A stretch of DNA of 61,622 nucleotides, counting the filler, from Gonapodya sp. JEL0774 (taxonomy: Eukaryota): assembly GCA_027604505.1 (NCBI GenBank). It is 18 parts of 18 records of this genome, joined end to end, with 100 filler letters (N's around TTAATTAATTAA, not from the genome) between each part and the next. Parts side by side here need not be neighbours in the genome. Positions count along the whole stretch, not along the records: positions 58,309 to 61,622 come from JADIIX010001353.1; 17 more parts are not named here. One strand, written 5' to 3'. Made by a program: the position numbers and the translations under genes. The notes under the pieces were generated by a model. It worked only from the letters and a program-made list of their open reading frames with translations, was not told the origin of the DNA and did not search any database. Below are positions 58,853 through 61,622 of this stretch, in pieces (within the stretch, counting starts at the first letter, position 1; each line of letters begins with the position of its first letter).

Positions 58853-61622
58853 ATGGAGAAAGTACCCCTCAACAAAGACGTGGACGGGGTCACAAAACAC
58901 TCGAAAGATGCTTCGGCCGTGGGAGACTCGGAGACACCAGACGGTCCGCTAAGGAGCGAGTGGGGGGCAGACTGGCCGTCATTCGTTGCGCTCAAATTGC
59001 AGGGATTGGGGGTACACATATCCGAGATAGAGGCGAGGACCTATAAGCTACCCGTGTGGAGGAGGGCGGTGTGGTCTCTTCAATGGGTGGTATGGCTTTT
59101 GACATTCTCGCACGCCAGTGAGTGCGTTACTGAATGTCACGCAACAACAGAATTTGACCCTCGAATTTTCCCAGCATTCATTATCAACCACGGCAACAAG
59201 ACTCTCCTTAAAGAAACCGACTTTCCTCCTGTCCAACACCACGAAACATCTAAGCGTCTTTCAGACCTCCTCCTCAACGCATGGGAGGAGGAACGCAAGA
59301 AGCCCAAACCGAGCGTCGTCAAAATCATTTTCCGCGTCTTTTGGGTTGAGCTCGTCATGGTTCTATCCATCGGCGTCATTATGTCTGCATGTCGGATAGC
59401 CGAAGCACTAGAAATCGGGGCATTGGTGCGCGTTTTTCAAGACCCGACAAAGTCCAACGAAGAAGGATACATGTGGGCAGCATTGCTGACGCTCACGGTA
59501 ATGCTCGACGCCACAGTTCGTGGTCTCATGTTCTATTGGGCGGTGCGAACTGGTTTCAACATGCGAGTCGGAATGATTTCCACCATTTACCGGAAAACCC
59601 TCAACCTTTCCATGTCAGTACCCTGTTATCGCGTGCACAGACTGAGTGTTATCCTCATTGCTGGAAAAAGGCATCTCTTTGCACGAGTATGAGACCCCTC
59701 ATCTGACACTCACCCGAATCGTTTGTGTCCCCCAGGTCCCACGCTTCGTCCACCGGAACCATCGTTAACCTCGTCAGCAACGATGTACAAAGATTTGAAG
59801 ACGCAGCTCCGTTTGCAACGTTTGCCATCAGCGCACCCATAGAATCGCTGGTCATCTTGGCCATTCTGTGGACTTACAGTACGTGTCATCACACCGTTCT
59901 ATTTCACTTCCACTCCCTTTCTCACGCTGAAGGAATCCTGTTATAAAATACCATTTCTATCTCCCCAACAGTCGGCGTCTCAGCCCTCGCCGGCTTCGCC
60001 GCCATTTTCTCCATCATCCCCATCCAGGCCTTCTTCTCCCGCACCTTTGCCAAACTCCGCACGTACGTCGTCGGATGGAGGGATGATCGAATACGAAACA
60101 CGTCGGATGTGTTGTTGGGAATGTCGGTCGTGAAATTGTATTCGTGGGAGGTGCGTTTATATTGACTTTGGCTACTGCAGTTTCTGCATCCGTGACCTGT
60201 ACGTCGGTATGACCCATACCGTATCCCTCATGGCACCTCAACCGAAACAGGAAGCTTTCCGCTCCAAACTGCAATCCATTCGGGACAGTGAAATGGTCTA
60301 TCTCACCCGGTCATCGCTCATGCGAGCCGTCAATGACACCTCATTCATCGCCAGTCCGGCACTGATCGGGCTCACGACATGGTGCACGTATTGGGCATTG
60401 GGGAATGCACTGGCCAGCGATAAGGTGGGACGACGTTCTGTTTCGCACATCGTCATAGGCACGTTTTTCGAAGTTCTGAGTATTAATTGGTTTTTGTCAG
60501 GTCTTTATTGCATTATCGTTGTTCAATGTCACGAGACAATCCATGACCGGGCAGCTACCGAAAGCAATTCAGGTGAGGGAAAGCTCATGACGTTGCCTAC
60601 GCCCTACCTCACAATTCTTTTCCGCGAACATCCGCCCAGTTTCTCTCCGAGAGTATGATCAGCATCAACCGGATTCAAGAGTTTCTGCTCTTGCCAGAAA
60701 TTCAAATTCACAACGACGACGGCGACTCCCACCTCGACACACAGAACACTGACGAGAAACCAGTCAGTGACAATGTTCTCGTACGCATGAAAAACGCAAC
60801 CTTTGCGTGGAACACGGACACGGGGAGTTTCGGAAGATCCATCCTCGAGACCCTCAAAGACTCCAAGAAAGACAAAGCGGGAGACGACGGGTCTACAAAG
60901 GGTCAAGACAAGAGCACGAAAAACCCCAAGGCAACTGAGTTGGGTGAATCCGGCGCGTCGGAAGCCCACTCCACCGCCGTTGCGTCGTCTCGCACCGACG
61001 GCACGGAAGATAGGACGGAGCTCATGGTCTCCGGCAGTGAGCACTCGAATCTCAAGGTTATCTTAAAAGACATTTCTTTGGATTTGGTACGAGGAAAGCT
61101 CGTCTGTGTGGTGGGACCGGTGGTAGGTTCTTATGCCGTTCTGGGTGGCGCAACTACACGATTTCACAACAACTTCGGTGTTCAAGGGTGCCGGCAAGTC
61201 GTCACTCATCATGGGAATGCTCTCCGAGATGATTACACTCTCTGGAAGGACTACATTTTACAGCAACAAGGTCGCTTATTGTCCTCAAGCACCCTGGATC
61301 GTATCGGGCTCCGTGCGCGAGAATGTCTTATTTGGTTATGAATACGATGAAGCTCGGTTTAAGCGCACAATCGATATGTGTGCTATGACTCGCGATTTGG
61401 AACTGTTTGCCGACGGAGCAAACGCATTAATAGGTGAATGGAGTTCGATTGGTTAATGAGAGACCTTACGTCCCATACTCACCACATTGGGAATGAAATT
61501 CAAGGTGAACGCGGTGTCACACTCAGTGGTAAGTAGCATGTATGTTTCCTCTACGTGTGCACGTAGTATTGAAGTGGGTGCACGCCAGGTGGTCAGAAGG
61601 CACGATGCAGTCTTGCGCGTGC
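58853..61622 (+). CDS. ABCC/MRP-family ABC transporter (TMD1 + NBD1), 3'-partial
   Basis: GMISTIYRKTLNLS, GTIVNLVSNDVQRF, Walker A GPVGAGKSSL, AYCPQAPWI.SGSVRENVLFG, IGERGVTLSGGQKAR. Confidence 0.93.

Overview
This window is not one locus. It is 18 unrelated contigs of about 3.3 kb, sorted by decreasing length (3344 to 3314 bp) and joined by 17 artificial 100-bp spacers (N44-TTAATTAATTAA-N44), so gene adjacency across spacers is meaningless. The sequence is eukaryotic and intron-rich. Gene content (fungal-type transcription factor, chitin/polysaccharide deacetylase, C2orf81- and TTC12-like proteins, TTAGGG telomere) suggests an early-diverging, probably flagellated fungus; this is an inference. 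Mostly partial genes include a GPI-anchored periplasmic-binding-like (CBA1/BtuF-like) protein, a spherulin-4/GH135-like protein, a SERGT1/HPAT-like glycosyltransferase, SSADH, MAK5/DDX24, glyoxylate reductase, a GRAM-TBC Rab-GAP, CWC22, ESF2, an atypical Rho, a FANCJ/RTEL1-like helicase, NAE1/ULA1, a SulP STAS domain, a RING protein, a CAMK kinase, a methyltransferase, an MFS transporter, PARP and an ABCC transporter. The most notable observations are: an unknown multi-exon gene whose stop codon is the TAG inside the first TTAGGG telomere repeat; an element bounded by inverted repeats that have decayed at CpG sites; G/C skew phased with splice sites; frequent AAG acceptors; and a Rho lacking DxxG. 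All family calls come from motif recognition by eye, not database searches, and exon boundaries are approximate.
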